Origin: a virus | Taxonomy: Duplodnaviria > Caudoviricetes | IMG/VR virus record: IMGVR_UViG_3300037419_001009 | Location: 1-46,108 of that record | Reading direction: 5' to 3' (one strand) | Length of the DNA stretch: 46,108 nucleotides | Shown: positions 17,927-28,093 of the stretch, one piece after another | How positions within the stretch are numbered: position 1 is the stretch's first letter | Layout of the letters: every line of letters starts with the position of its first letter | Position numbers and translations under genes: made by a program | The notes under the pieces: model-generated | Database searches by the model: none | Told to the model about the DNA's origin: nothing | Seen by the model: only the letters and a program-made list of their open reading frames with translations

Positions 17927-18405
17927 TGTGCCTTCCCGCGGCAATCGCCATTCCGATTGCGCTCGCGGCCGCGACCACTGCGGTCGGGGTCATCGGGCAG
18001 ATACAGTCTGCCAACGCGGCCAACGCCGCGATCAAGCAACAGTATAAGGCGGCCGCCAAAGAGGTCGATCAGAAGACCTCTCAGGAGATCACGGATCGTC
18101 TGCGTCAAGCCCGCCGAGAGATGGGCCGTATCCTAGTTGCTGCCGGCGAGTCCGGCCTCAGCCTGGAGAGCGGCGCCGTGAAGGCGCTGGAGTCTGACGC
18201 GGCCATGCAGGCGTCACTGGCCAACGAAACGTCCCTCGCGAACCGCGAGTCCCGCAAGGAGGCCCTTAGGGCGGACGCGGACTCCAAGATGGTTTCGAAG
18301 CCGACGCTCCTCGGAGCCGGCCTCCAGATTGCCCTCTCAGGAGCCGCTGCGGCCGCCAACGCGGGAGCCTTTAAGGGCAGCTCGGGAAGCAAGGAGGCCC
18401 ACTAA
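17926..18405 (+). CDS. Internal virion protein B-like (gp14-like)
   Basis: MC- start, Ala-rich, 'AAGESGLS' motif, position. Confidence 0.75.
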   Translation: MCLPAAIAIPIALAAATTAVGVIGQIQSANAANAAIKQQYKAAAKEVDQKTSQEITDRLRQARREMGRILVAAGESGLSLESGAVKALESDAAMQASLANETSLANRESRKEALRADADSKMVSKPTLLGAGLQIALSGAAAAANAGAFKGSSGSKEAH

Positions 18406-20591
18406 TGGCGTTTGATCTCTCGAAGATCGAGCCGCGCAGGGACTCCGTTCCGGACCCCACGTTCCGCCGCGAGACCACGATGCCGCGGCAGGACACCGAC
18501 CGGCCCGAGCTCGAGGTGAACCGCCGCATCACGCGGCCGGACACAAGCGGCGTCGAGCAGCTTCAGAAAATCTTGGGCCTGGCCAACGACGTCGGGCAGG
18601 AGATATTCAAGCAGGATCAGGAGCGCCGGGATAACCGGGACGCTGCGGACGCTATGCTCGACTTCGGCTCAGGCCAGAAGAACGATCAGCGCTTCGCCAA
18701 GTCCCGCGCCTACCGTGATGCCTGGCAGTTCCAGGGCGCCAAGACCCTGGCCATCAATATCGGGAATGAAGCGACCGCGGCGGTTACCGCCCGGCTCAAC
18801 GATAGCGACCACCCGGCGACCCTCGAGGACATCGACGGCGCCATTGAGGGCATCTTCCAGAAGCACGTGATGGGTCCGGACGGCAAGCCGCTGGACTTCG
18901 GCACGCCGGAAGCGAAGCGCGTCCTCATCAACTCGCTCAACGAGATCAGGTCGAACCTTCTCCCGCAGGCCCAGGCCGCGATCAAGAAGCAGACCGACGA
19001 GCGTCTGCTCGGCACGGTCGTTGAGAACAAGGTCTATGAGTTCTACCGCGGCGCCCCCGTCGGTGCCGCTCGGGATACCCTCGGTCCCATCCAGGACCCC
19101 CTAGCGCCCCTTCCCGACGCCCAGGTGGTCCCCACGAGAACCGTCTACGCACCCAGCACGTCTTCTCGCTACTATTCACCTGGCGGCGTTGTGGAGCCCT
19201 TCTCGGGCTTCAAGGGCGCGAAGCCGAGTTCCGGTCTGGGAGCGGCTCGCGAAGGCGGCTCCCGCCACAATGGCGAGGACTTCCCGGTCCCCTCCGGAAC
19301 ACCCATCGCGGCCCCCATGTTTGGGAAGGTCGTCAAGGCGTTCACCAACGCCCGCGGCGGAAACCAGGTCATCATGGAGATGGCCAACGGAGCTCGCGTC
19401 GGGTTCGCCCACCTGAGCAGGATCGACGTCAAGGAAGGCGAGACAGTAAACGCCGGGCAGCCTCTCGGGCTCTCCGGCAACACCGGCCACACCACCGGCC
19501 CGCACGTCCACATGACGGTCACCGTCGACGGCAAGAAGGTCTCGCCGAGTCAATACTTCGCTCAGGCGAAGTTCGGGCATGGCGGCAGTCTGCCGGCTGG
19601 TCCGGCTCCGGTAACCACCGGGGACGAGCCGGTGCTCGCCTCGGCTCCGCCGCCGGAAGCCCCCGCTGCACTCGCGCCTTTCGATTTTGAAGGGGCGATG
19701 CACGAGGTTCCGACGAGCATCGACCGAAAGACGGCCAAGAATTACATCCTTCAGTCGCTCATCAACACGGCGAACCAGAAGGGCGACATCGGGCTCCTGA
19801 AGGGGCTCGAGGACAGCCACCGTGGAGACGGGACTCCGTCCTTCACCCCCGACGAGATCGCTACGATCCTCCAGGCTCGCGACACGATCTCGAATAAGGT
19901 GCGGATCGAGGCCGAGCAACAGCGCCAAGCCATGTGGGAGAAGAACCACAATGCTGTTATTGATGCGGTCCTCAGCGACAAGCCGCCGTCAATCGGATGG
20001 CTTCGTCAGCAAGCCCACGCAGGGCTCCTCGATCCCGACTTCGCCTTCACGCTAGAGAACCACTTCGAGAGCGAGGCGCGGTCGCAGCGGGCGGAAGCTC
20101 GCGCCGAGACCCGCGAAGCCCTTGCTGAAGCTAACGCCGAGCTGGACGCCGACGCGGCGGGCATGATCGCCCTTCGCCAAGCGGGCCAGGTCGACGGAGC
20201 TTCGGCTCAGAGCGATCTAGCGCTCCTTAACAGCGGCCGTCTAGGACAGGGCAAGCGTGCCCTTATGCGGTTCAAGCAGCTCCGCGCAGCGGCCCGACAG
20301 GGCGAGCAGGAGAACCTTCGGAACCCTGAGGTGGCGCTCTACGCCGGGCAGCTCAAGCAGAAGTTCGGCAAAGCCCCCACCAACATCTTGGAGAAGAGTC
20401 TCCAGGGGGGCGGCATCAACTTCTACGGCATGATCGCCTGGTATCGCAGCAAGGTCGCGTCCGGCTCTCGCCCGGAGGACGCCTACTACGAGACCATCCA
20501 GAAGTTCGCCCCGAAGAGCCCGGATGCCGTGGAAGCACGGCGCCGGCGCATCGGCCAGCTTCAGGCCAAGCGGCTTGGGGCCGGCATCTAA
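18405..20591 (+). CDS. Internal virion protein C-like (gp15 position) with M23 peptidase domain
   Basis: 'HNGEDF', 'FAHL', 'GNTGHTTGPHVH' M23 Zn ligands at ~19263-19530. Confidence 0.8.
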   Translation: MAFDLSKIEPRRDSVPDPTFRRETTMPRQDTDRPELEVNRRITRPDTSGVEQLQKILGLANDVGQEIFKQDQERRDNRDAADAMLDFGSGQKNDQRFAKSRAYRDAWQFQGAKTLAINIGNEATAAVTARLNDSDHPATLEDIDGAIEGIFQKHVMGPDGKPLDFGTPEAKRVLINSLNEIRSNLLPQAQAAIKKQTDERLLGTVVENKVYEFYRGAPVGAARDTLGPIQDPLAPLPDAQVVPTRTVYAPSTSSRYYSPGGVVEPFSGFKGAKPSSGLGAAREGGSRHNGEDFPVPSGTPIAAPMFGKVVKAFTNARGGNQVIMEMANGARVGFAHLSRIDVKEGETVNAGQPLGLSGNTGHTTGPHVHMTVTVDGKKVSPSQYFAQAKFGHGGSLPAGPAPVTTGDEPVLASAPPPEAPAALAPFDFEGAMHEVPTSIDRKTAKNYILQSLINTANQKGDIGLLKGLEDSHRGDGTPSFTPDEIATILQARDTISNKVRIEAEQQRQAMWEKNHNAVIDAVLSDKPPSIGWLRQQAHAGLLDPDFAFTLENHFESEARSQRAEARAETREALAEANAELDADAAGMIALRQAGQVDGASAQSDLALLNSGRLGQGKRALMRFKQLRAAARQGEQENLRNPEVALYAGQLKQKFGKAPTNILEKSLQGGGINFYGMIAWYRSKVASGSRPEDAYYETIQKFAPKSPDAVEARRRRIGQLQAKRLGAGI

Positions 20592-20603
20592 TCGGAGAAC
20601 CCA

Positions 20604-23600
20604 ATGGCATTGACCCCGGCAGAACAGCAGGAGCTGGATCAGCTCCAGGCTGAAGAGCGGGCGTATGACGACGAGCACAAAGGTCTCGAGGCGGTCGATA
20701 AGGTCGACGCGCAGCGGACCCGCACGTCCGCAACGCGCCCGTTCTCGCTCTATCGGGCAACCGTCGGGGCTGTTCGCGATGCCGCCCAGAACGTCTTTGA
20801 CTTTGTCGAGGACGCGGGCGACGAGCTCCAGCGCCGCGCCCCGCTCCCGGTAATCCGCTTCGGCCACGATGCCAGCAATGGCCTGGTCGATGTGGTAACG
20901 GGCAAAGAAGCCACGGAGTTCACCGACCGAACCCGGCAGACCCCCGAGCTCCCCACGCTGAAAGGCGAGGCGAACGCCGGGGCTGCCGAGCGCGTCACGC
21001 GCGCCATCGGCTCCTTCGTTGTCCCCTTCAGCCTCGTCGGGCGCACCCTCGGTCTCGCCAAGGGCGCCTCCTGGCTTGGCCGTGCGGGCAAGGCGATGGC
21101 CGCCGGCGCCGTGGTCGACGCCACTATGGACCCGAAGACGACCAATCTCGCGAACGTCATGCGGGATACCTTCGGGATCGACAATAAGACCCTCGACGAG
21201 CTCGCCTCGGAGGACGACGATAACCGCCTGGTGGCCCGCTTCAAGGCGGCCGCGGTAAACGCTCCCCTATCGCTCCTGACGGACGCGGTGTTTGAGGCGG
21301 GGCTGCGCGGAGTGCGGGCCTACCGGGCCTGGCGCGGGTCACTTTCTGAGGCCGATGCGGCCGTTAGGGCTGTCCGCGAAGAGCTCCCGGTTAAAGCTCC
21401 TCAGGAGCCCGTAGAGGAGTCCTTCGGGGGCTCCGCTACCTCGGCACCTAAGGCCGCCTCAAAGGCCGCTGAGGGTGCCTCTACGGGCGCTCCAGAGGAC
21501 ATTGAGGGCGCCTTTGAGTTCCTCCGTCGGAAAGTCGGAGAAGGGGCGAGCGACGAAGAGGTTGCAGACATCGCGGAGCGGCTCACCCGCCGCCCGGATG
21601 AAGCGCTCTCCGCCAGCGGCATCAACCCGCTCAAGGTCGACTTCAGCGCCCTCGACGACCCCAACCTCCTCGGTCGCCTCCATGCGGGGCTTCAAGAGGT
21701 CTACGAAGGGATCGCCCAGCGCCTCGGACGCACCGGGATCACCGTCACCGAACAGATGACCGCCCGCGCCGCGCGCGTCATGGCGACCTCCGCGGATGTC
21801 CTTAAGGACCTCTACGGCCACACGGCGAACCTCGACTCTATCATGTATGCGTCCCAGACCGTCGTCGGGGCGCACGCCCAGAAGCTCATGGGCCTCGCCG
21901 AACGCGCCATCCAGGCGGCCAAGACAGGCGGCCCGGAAGCCGAACAGGCGTGGATGGATTTCCTCGAAGCGTTCCATCGCCATGCTTACTTCCTCGGAGC
22001 CCTCCGCGGCGCCGGGTCGGAAGTCGGACGGGCTCTTCGGTCGCTACAGATGGTCCAGAAGATCGGCAAGAAGACGGCCGGGCGGGGCCTCAAGGAAGCC
22101 GTCGATAACGCAGCGAAAGCCGACAAAGGCGCCGCTGCCTCACGCGAGCTGGCCGCAATGGCGACCGATCAGGTCTCCAAGATGGCGGACCCGGCGGAGC
22201 GCATCCTATTCCTAGGGAAGCTGATAGACAGCGGCGGGGACGTCGGGGACCTTTCCCGGTTCGTCCGCGCCACGTCGGGCTCGACCCTCAGGCGCCTCGA
22301 TGCGTCCACCGGCGAGCTCCGCGGTAATCTCTTTGCCGCCATCACGGGCGTCACCAACGCTCTCTCTACCCTCACTATCGTTGGCCTTCGCGGCACTTCG
22401 ATGGGCCTGGCCGCGCTCAAGGCTATGGCTATGTCCCCGCTAGGGAAGACCTATTCCCAGGCGGCGCGTGTCCAGAACCTTGTGACCTGGGCCTACGTGG
22501 ACGGAACCCTAGGCGCCTGGCGAGATGCCTGGCGCAACACCCTGTCGCTCCTAGAGCGCGAGGGAATGGAGGAAGTCGTCCTAAATGCCGAAGGCTGGGG
22601 AGCCAAAGGGCTTGCCACCAAGGCCGCCACACTGGCCGACGAAGGCCGACGGGGCGTTAAGGGGAACTTCGAGCGCGTCGACATCAGCAGCCGAACTCGC
22701 GCGCTGGCGCTGACTGAAGCTGATATGAGTTACCTTCGGGAAGCCATCGGGCAGTGGAACACACCCGCCCTGATGCAGCACTCGATGACGTGGCTCCTCA
22801 AAGCCGCCAGGCCGGCGATCAACGCCTTCGGGTCGCTCTCGCGGCTCGGCACGATCCTGTTCGTGAATGGCGCGGATCAGCTCATGGGCACCGTCGCGGC
22901 ACGCGCGGGAGCCCAAGCGGAAGCCATGCGGATCGCGGCTCACGAGGCCGCGGAGCTTCAGCTCGAGGGTAAGGCTCTCGGGCAATACATGAAGGCCCGC
23001 ATGGTCCAGCTCACGGAGACGGTCGACGGCTTCGCCGATGACGCCTACTCCGCTGGACAACGTCAGGCCGCCCTTGCGGCCGGCGAAGTGGAAGCCCGCG
23101 GGGCGCTGTTCCAGGACGACCTGGAGTTCGGCGGCCTCCGCTATCTAGTCGGGGCCGCGACGCGGACCCCCATGCTCCACCTGTTCGTCCCCTTCGTGAA
23201 GACCCCGCTCCGCATCCTGGAGCGCACGGCTCTGGACTACACCCCCCTCGGTCTCCTTAAGGACCGCGTTAGGGCGGACATCCTGGCCGGCGGTGCTCGC
23301 AGGGACGAGGCGCTGGCGCGTATCGGCCTGGGCATGACGATGGTCTACACCGCCTTCTCCCTTGCGGAGGAGCGGGGGATTGTCGGCCTTGACGGCGACT
23401 ACTCGAGCTCAGCCCGTCTCAGCCGCCCCAGCTACTCGCTGAGGCTTGGCGACGACCAGATTGAGTTCAAGCGGTTCGATCCGGTTGGCACGCTTCTGGG
23501 CTGGGGTGCGGACCTCCGCGCCTATCTAGATCACGAAGCGGACATCCCGCCGGAGCAGCGGCCCTCAACACCGGAGCAGATAATCGAGGCGGCCGTCTTT

Positions 23601-24386
23601 GCCACCCAGGCAAACGTCCTCTCGAAGACCTGGCTCACCTCCCTTCGGGACCTTGTCCAGCTCGCGTCTGACGTGAAGCAGGGCCAGAGCGCCGACGGTT
23701 GGGCGCGGTATCTCCAGAGCTTTGCCACCCGCTTCGTGCCCGCTTCGGGCATCCAGCGGTCCCTTGGGCAGGGCTTTGCAGGAGTTGATCGGGAAGCCGC
23801 TGGGTTCATCGAAGGGCTCCTGAAGCAGTCCTTCGGGTCTGCCAAGCTGCCCATCAAACGGGACCCGCTCCTTGGTCGTCCCGTTCCCATCGAGAGTGGG
23901 CAGCGCCTATTCGGCCTCAAGGCCGGCCCCGGCGCTTCCGATGTAGACTCTCCGTTGCTCGCCGAACTCGAGCGCCTGAGCTTCGACATCGGCAAGCCGT
24001 CGCACTCGCTCTACGGCGTCAGGCTGAACTCTGCGCAGTATAGCCGGTTCCTCGAGCTCCGCGGCCAAGTGGTCACTGATCCTCGCACGGGAATGACGCT
24101 AGAAGGCGCCCTCAAGGCGGTCATCGGCCTTCCCGAATACAAGGCCCTCCCGCGCGCCGGGAAGGTCCAGGCGATCCGGGATGTGATGAACGGCTATTCC
24201 CAACAGGCCAGCATCCGCCTGATCCAGGAAGATCACGAGTTGGCCCGCCAGATCGGGACCAAGCAAGTGTTCGACCAGGGGCTCCTCACGGGGGCCTCAC
24301 AGGGAGAGATCGACCGGCAGACGGAAGAGCTGTTCAAGCAGCTTGGTCTCACGGGCGACGACCAGACGAACCTCGACGAACAATAA
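20604..24386 (+). CDS. Internal virion protein D-like (gp16 position)
   Basis: 1260 aa, helical composition, 'PFVKTP..I' motif, precedes tail fibre. Confidence 0.8.
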   Translation: MALTPAEQQELDQLQAEERAYDDEHKGLEAVDKVDAQRTRTSATRPFSLYRATVGAVRDAAQNVFDFVEDAGDELQRRAPLPVIRFGHDASNGLVDVVTGKEATEFTDRTRQTPELPTLKGEANAGAAERVTRAIGSFVVPFSLVGRTLGLAKGASWLGRAGKAMAAGAVVDATMDPKTTNLANVMRDTFGIDNKTLDELASEDDDNRLVARFKAAAVNAPLSLLTDAVFEAGLRGVRAYRAWRGSLSEADAAVRAVREELPVKAPQEPVEESFGGSATSAPKAASKAAEGASTGAPEDIEGAFEFLRRKVGEGASDEEVADIAERLTRRPDEALSASGINPLKVDFSALDDPNLLGRLHAGLQEVYEGIAQRLGRTGITVTEQMTARAARVMATSADVLKDLYGHTANLDSIMYASQTVVGAHAQKLMGLAERAIQAAKTGGPEAEQAWMDFLEAFHRHAYFLGALRGAGSEVGRALRSLQMVQKIGKKTAGRGLKEAVDNAAKADKGAAASRELAAMATDQVSKMADPAERILFLGKLIDSGGDVGDLSRFVRATSGSTLRRLDASTGELRGNLFAAITGVTNALSTLTIVGLRGTSMGLAALKAMAMSPLGKTYSQAARVQNLVTWAYVDGTLGAWRDAWRNTLSLLEREGMEEVVLNAEGWGAKGLATKAATLADEGRRGVKGNFERVDISSRTRALALTEADMSYLREAIGQWNTPALMQHSMTWLLKAARPAINAFGSLSRLGTILFVNGADQLMGTVAARAGAQAEAMRIAAHEAAELQLEGKALGQYMKARMVQLTETVDGFADDAYSAGQRQAALAAGEVEARGALFQDDLEFGGLRYLVGAATRTPMLHLFVPFVKTPLRILERTALDYTPLGLLKDRVRADILAGGARRDEALARIGLGMTMVYTAFSLAEERGIVGLDGDYSSSARLSRPSYSLRLGDDQIEFKRFDPVGTLLGWGADLRAYLDHEADIPPEQRPSTPEQIIEAAVFATQANVLSKTWLTSLRDLVQLASDVKQGQSADGWARYLQSFATRFVPASGIQRSLGQGFAGVDREAAGFIEGLLKQSFGSAKLPIKRDPLLGRPVPIESGQRLFGLKAGPGASDVDSPLLAELERLSFDIGKPSHSLYGVRLNSAQYSRFLELRGQVVTDPRTGMTLEGALKAVIGLPEYKALPRAGKVQAIRDVMNGYSQQASIRLIQEDHELARQIGTKQVFDQGLLTGASQGEIDRQTEELFKQLGLTGDDQTNLDEQ

Positions 24387-24454
24387 ACCGGGGGCGCCTT
24401 CGGGCGCCTCCACAACCCCCAACGAGAGCGGCCGAGCCGCCACCGGGAACTTTC

Positions 24455-25573
24455 ATGTATCAGCCTATTACTGGCACCGGGAACGGCACGGCCCCGGTTG
24501 TTAATCTGACGTGGCCCTTCCTTGACCAGGACCACGTGCTTGCGACGATTGGCGGGGTTCCGGCGTCCCTCCTCTGGACGGGGCCGGCTCAGGTCACCTT
24601 TGGCGCGGCTGTCACGGCCGGGGTCGCCTGGGAGGTCTCACGGAAAACCCCAACGGACCCGCTGGTCGACTTCACGGACGGCAGCGTCCTCACTGAAGCG
24701 GACCTCGATCTCGCCCACCGTCAGCACCAATATATCGAGGAAGAGCTCCGCTATAACCTCGATAACACGCCGTCCCTCGGCGGCCTCGCGGAAACCATTC
24801 GGGACACCGTAGCGGCCACCTTGATCGGCGGCCCCAACGTCACCATCACGCCGAACGACGGCGCCGACACAATCACCATTTCCGCCGCAGGCGGGGGCGG
24901 TGGAGGCGGCGGAAGCCTCGGCGACGGCGACTATGGCGACGTTGCGATCTCCGGCGGGGCCATGGTCTTCACCGTGCAATCCCTAGGAGCGGTCCCCTTT
25001 GGCTACTTCGCCACCGGGACCGATGCCGCGAACCTCACCGGCACGGTCGCCCTAGCGCGGCTACCAGCCATCGCTGACGGCTCCTTCCTCGGGAACATAA
25101 GCGGCGGCGCGGCGAGCCCCGCAGTGCTCACGGGAGCACAGGTTACGAGCCACTTGAGTGTCTTTAGCGACACTGACCAGGGAGTCGTTCCGGCTTCTGG
25201 CGGAGGAACGGTGAAGTTTCTCCGAGCTGACGGTTCGTGGGCATCCCCGCCGGCCAACGGCTCTTATCAGGTCCAGTCGATAGCCTCTGCGGCCACGGTC
25301 ACGCCCACCTTCTCAGATGACCAAGTTAACATCACGGCTCAGGCTGTGAACCTGACTCTGGCGAACCCCACGGGAACCGCCACCGAGAGGGGCCTGGTCA
25401 TCCGGATCAAGGATAACGGGACCTCCCGGACCATCACCTACGGAACTCAGTATCGCGCGATTGGAGAGACCCTCCCGACGGCGACTGTTCCCGGCAAAGT
25501 CCTCTATCTCGGGCTGCTCTACAATGCCGCCGCGGCGAAGTGGGACGTCATCGCTGTGGCGCAGGAAACATAA
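24455..25573 (+). CDS. Tail fibre protein (gp17-like N-terminal anchor)
   Basis: 'PFL...V...R.TP...LVDFTDGSVLTEADLD' T7 tail-fibre N-terminus. Confidence 0.88.
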   Translation: MYQPITGTGNGTAPVVNLTWPFLDQDHVLATIGGVPASLLWTGPAQVTFGAAVTAGVAWEVSRKTPTDPLVDFTDGSVLTEADLDLAHRQHQYIEEELRYNLDNTPSLGGLAETIRDTVAATLIGGPNVTITPNDGADTITISAAGGGGGGGGSLGDGDYGDVAISGGAMVFTVQSLGAVPFGYFATGTDAANLTGTVALARLPAIADGSFLGNISGGAASPAVLTGAQVTSHLSVFSDTDQGVVPASGGGTVKFLRADGSWASPPANGSYQVQSIASAATVTPTFSDDQVNITAQAVNLTLANPTGTATERGLVIRIKDNGTSRTITYGTQYRAIGETLPTATVPGKVLYLGLLYNAAAAKWDVIAVAQET

Positions 25574-25576
25574 AAA

Positions 25577-25933
25577 ATGCGCCCGATTGACGTCTTGAAG
25601 ACTCGGAAGCCCATCAAGTTCAACGTAAGCTTTACCCCGAGTTCCAGCACCTCGAGCGGAGTCACCTCTTCGGTTACGGTGCCGGTTACGGCCAGCGCTA
25701 TCGTGACAAACGGCTCCGCCAGGGGAAGCCCGTCGTTCGCGTGGTCTATCCCTGATCCTCCGACTGAGGGAACAGCCAGCATCACCTCTGGAGCGGCCTC
25801 AGCGACGGCTCAGCTCAAGGTTCAGGCGGGGCTCCACGACGAGCCGGTTACGGCTCAGTTCCAATGCGCCGTGACCATAAACGGCATCACCCGCAGCGCC
25901 CTCGTCAGCATCACCTACACATGGACGACCTAA
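25577..25933 (+). CDS. Putative tail-fibre-associated protein
   Basis: Ser/Thr-rich, follows tail fibre. Confidence 0.5.
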   Translation: MRPIDVLKTRKPIKFNVSFTPSSSTSSGVTSSVTVPVTASAIVTNGSARGSPSFAWSIPDPPTEGTASITSGAASATAQLKVQAGLHDEPVTAQFQCAVTINGITRSALVSITYTWTT

Positions 25934-25934
25934 C

Positions 25935-26180
25935 ATGACGCTCCGCGACACGATCTTGAACGCGGTGGCGGGGACCGTCGTCCTCGCCGCGGGCGGCACT
26001 ATCGTCGGGCTACGAGTTTCCGATGCGCTTCAGAACGAACGCATCGAGCGCCTCGAGAGCCTCAATGACTCCGTCGACGGACTCCGATCCGACCTCCAGC
26101 GGGTCGACCGAAAACTAGAACGCCTCGATGGCCAACTTCAGGGAGAGCACGTTGTCCCGCGCGACCGATCAAGCCCTTGA
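25935..26180 (+). CDS. Membrane-anchored coiled-coil protein (gp17.5 position)
   Basis: One N-terminal hydrophobic segment plus coiled coil. Confidence 0.5.
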   Translation: MTLRDTILNAVAGTVVLAAGGTIVGLRVSDALQNERIERLESLNDSVDGLRSDLQRVDRKLERLDGQLQGEHVVPRDRSSP

Positions 26181-26448
26181 CGCGCTCCACTCGCTCATCG
26201 CCGAGGGCCTCACCGAGGACCTCCGGCGCAACCTTGAGAACGCCCGAAAGCCCAAGACGATAGTCGTCGAGGGGAAAGCAGCGGCCAACCCCGAATGGGA
26301 GCCACTGTCCCCCAAGACCCTCGCGGTGGCCATCAAGTTCCTCAAGGATAACGGCATCGACGCCCCGGCGTCTGCCACTCGATTTAACGGGATCGTGGAC
26401 GAGCTTCGGAAGCTCAATGTCGATGATCCGCAGCTCATGGCGAACTAA
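26128..26448 (+). CDS. terS: Terminase small subunit (gp18-like); start may be TTG 26152
   Basis: 'LH..IA..L...L...SP..LAVAIKFLKDNGID'. Confidence 0.8.
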   Translation: MANFRESTLSRATDQALDALHSLIAEGLTEDLRRNLENARKPKTIVVEGKAAANPEWEPLSPKTLAVAIKFLKDNGIDAPASATRFNGIVDELRKLNVDDPQLMAN

Positions 26449-26455
26449 TCCCAAC

Positions 26456-26728
26456 ATGAAGATCACCCAAGTAAACGTGGGCACCGCGTCCCACCCGGCG
26501 TCGATCCGCGACAGCGACGGAACCGCTCTTCTGCCCATCCAGGCACAGGTTGCGTCGGGCACGCCCACCTTCCGCGTGCTCGGTCGGGTAAGCCCCGATG
26601 CGCCGTGGGTAGAGGTCATTGCGCCCGGCACCGCGGACTTCCTTCAGTCCATCTCCTGGGTCCCGTTCGTCCAGCTCGAGATCACCTCGGGCACCGGCAC
26701 GGTCAACCTCTGGATCGCTGAGAAGTAA
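26456..26728 (+). CDS. Hypothetical protein, possibly virion-associated
   Basis: ATG 26456; beta-like composition. Confidence 0.55.
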   Translation: MKITQVNVGTASHPASIRDSDGTALLPIQAQVASGTPTFRVLGRVSPDAPWVEVIAPGTADFLQSISWVPFVQLEITSGTGTVNLWIAEK

Positions 26729-26731
26729 TCG

Positions 26732-28093
26732 GTGTCCGCCGTCCTGAAGGGGCGGCTCCAAGGGTGGGTCCTAAAGCGTTCGTCGGTTCTGGCCGGCCTC
26801 CTGAGCAGCGCGAGTTTGCTGCCGGGCGGAGCTGCTCCTCCGCCGACGGCCCCCACCAACTTGGCCCCTCCTTCTATCTCGGGAACCGCCGCTCAGGGTA
26901 ACACTCTGACGGTCGTTCCGGGATCGTGGTCTGGCAACCCGATCCCATCAATTGCCCGGCTGTGGAAGCGCGATGGCGTGTCCACAGGCCAGACAGGGCT
27001 AACCTATGGACTCACCTTAGCGGACGTCGGGGCCGCCATAACGGTGACCGAAACCGCGACGAACTCTCAGGGAAGTGCAAACGCAACCTCGAGCGGTGTC
27101 GGCCCGGTCGCTGGCGACTCTATCACCCCGATCCTGTCTAACCTTTCCAGCGGCTGGACAGCAGGCCAGAACCCTCCGGATTGGGACACCCAACTCCCGA
27201 ATTACGTCATCTATGATAGCGGCGCCGGGACGGGCAGCGAAGTCCGAGCTGTCTGGCGCTTCAACGGCGGAGCCTGGAACACCGAAGATTGGCAAGGCGT
27301 GGACACTGAAGTCTACACCGAACACTTCATTTGGTCCTTGCTCAACGCAGCCAATCTAGCGGCCGGCGGGTCTTTTGAAGTTTACGTCGAACATGTAATC
27401 GACCGCGGGCTGCCATCACAAAGTGGCCCCTTCGCCTCTAACCACTGGACTGACACTCTCAACTCTCTCGGAGTGGGTTCCGTCCAGCGCGGGATCATCA
27501 GCAGCGAAGTTGGGTTTGGCGTTGGGCCGGTAAACCTTGGCACGATTGCCATTTCCGGCAATTCAAAGATTGTTCTTTCGCTCCGGTTCATCCCCAACGG
27601 GGCTCAGTCGGTCTCTGGCATTTCAGCCAACAGCGGAACGGTTGTCTTTACGCGTGACGCGGGAAGCCCAGCGACCGCGAAGGCTCAGCTCTGGTATGCC
27701 GACGTAGGAAACATCACGAGCCTGACGAACCTGACTGTCACCCTGTCAGGGTCTACCCAGGTCATGACCACGGCCATCGAAGAGCTGTTCAATGCAGCCG
27801 CCGGCGGCCCCGCCTCCACCTTCTACCGAAATGAAGTCTTTATGAGCGGCAGCGGGCCATTCAACGTCGATGGCGGCGTGGCCTGCCCGGCGAACGGGAT
27901 AAGCCTGTTCTTCTGCACAGCCAACGCAGCGCTCGGCTTCACAGGGGCTACTCGAGACGCAGTTCAGTCCACCGCAGATAGCACCGGCCAGAAGGGAGCG
28001 ATTGCTCACGCCTTCGCCACCGGCACTGTCACTGTTTCCGGAGCCTCGAACACGGCGATGACCACGGTCACGTCCGCATGGAACCACGCATGA
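26732..28093 (+). CDS. Putative second tail fibre / receptor-binding protein with Ig-like repeat
   Basis: 'APTN..PPSISGT...G.TLT...GSWSG.P......W...TY.L..ADVG..ITV..TATN..G'. Confidence 0.6.
   Translation: MSAVLKGRLQGWVLKRSSVLAGLLSSASLLPGGAAPPPTAPTNLAPPSISGTAAQGNTLTVVPGSWSGNPIPSIARLWKRDGVSTGQTGLTYGLTLADVGAAITVTETATNSQGSANATSSGVGPVAGDSITPILSNLSSGWTAGQNPPDWDTQLPNYVIYDSGAGTGSEVRAVWRFNGGAWNTEDWQGVDTEVYTEHFIWSLLNAANLAAGGSFEVYVEHVIDRGLPSQSGPFASNHWTDTLNSLGVGSVQRGIISSEVGFGVGPVNLGTIAISGNSKIVLSLRFIPNGAQSVSGISANSGTVVFTRDAGSPATAKAQLWYADVGNITSLTNLTVTLSGSTQVMTTAIEELFNAAAGGPASTFYRNEVFMSGSGPFNVDGGVACPANGISLFFCTANAALGFTGATRDAVQSTADSTGQKGAIAHAFATGTVTVSGASNTAMTTVTSAWNHA

Noticed and set aside
24389-24412. GGGGCGCC-TTCG-GGCGCCTC hairpin as a terminator
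   Set aside because: Stable UUCG hairpin but no U-tract; more likely a stabilising or processing element.
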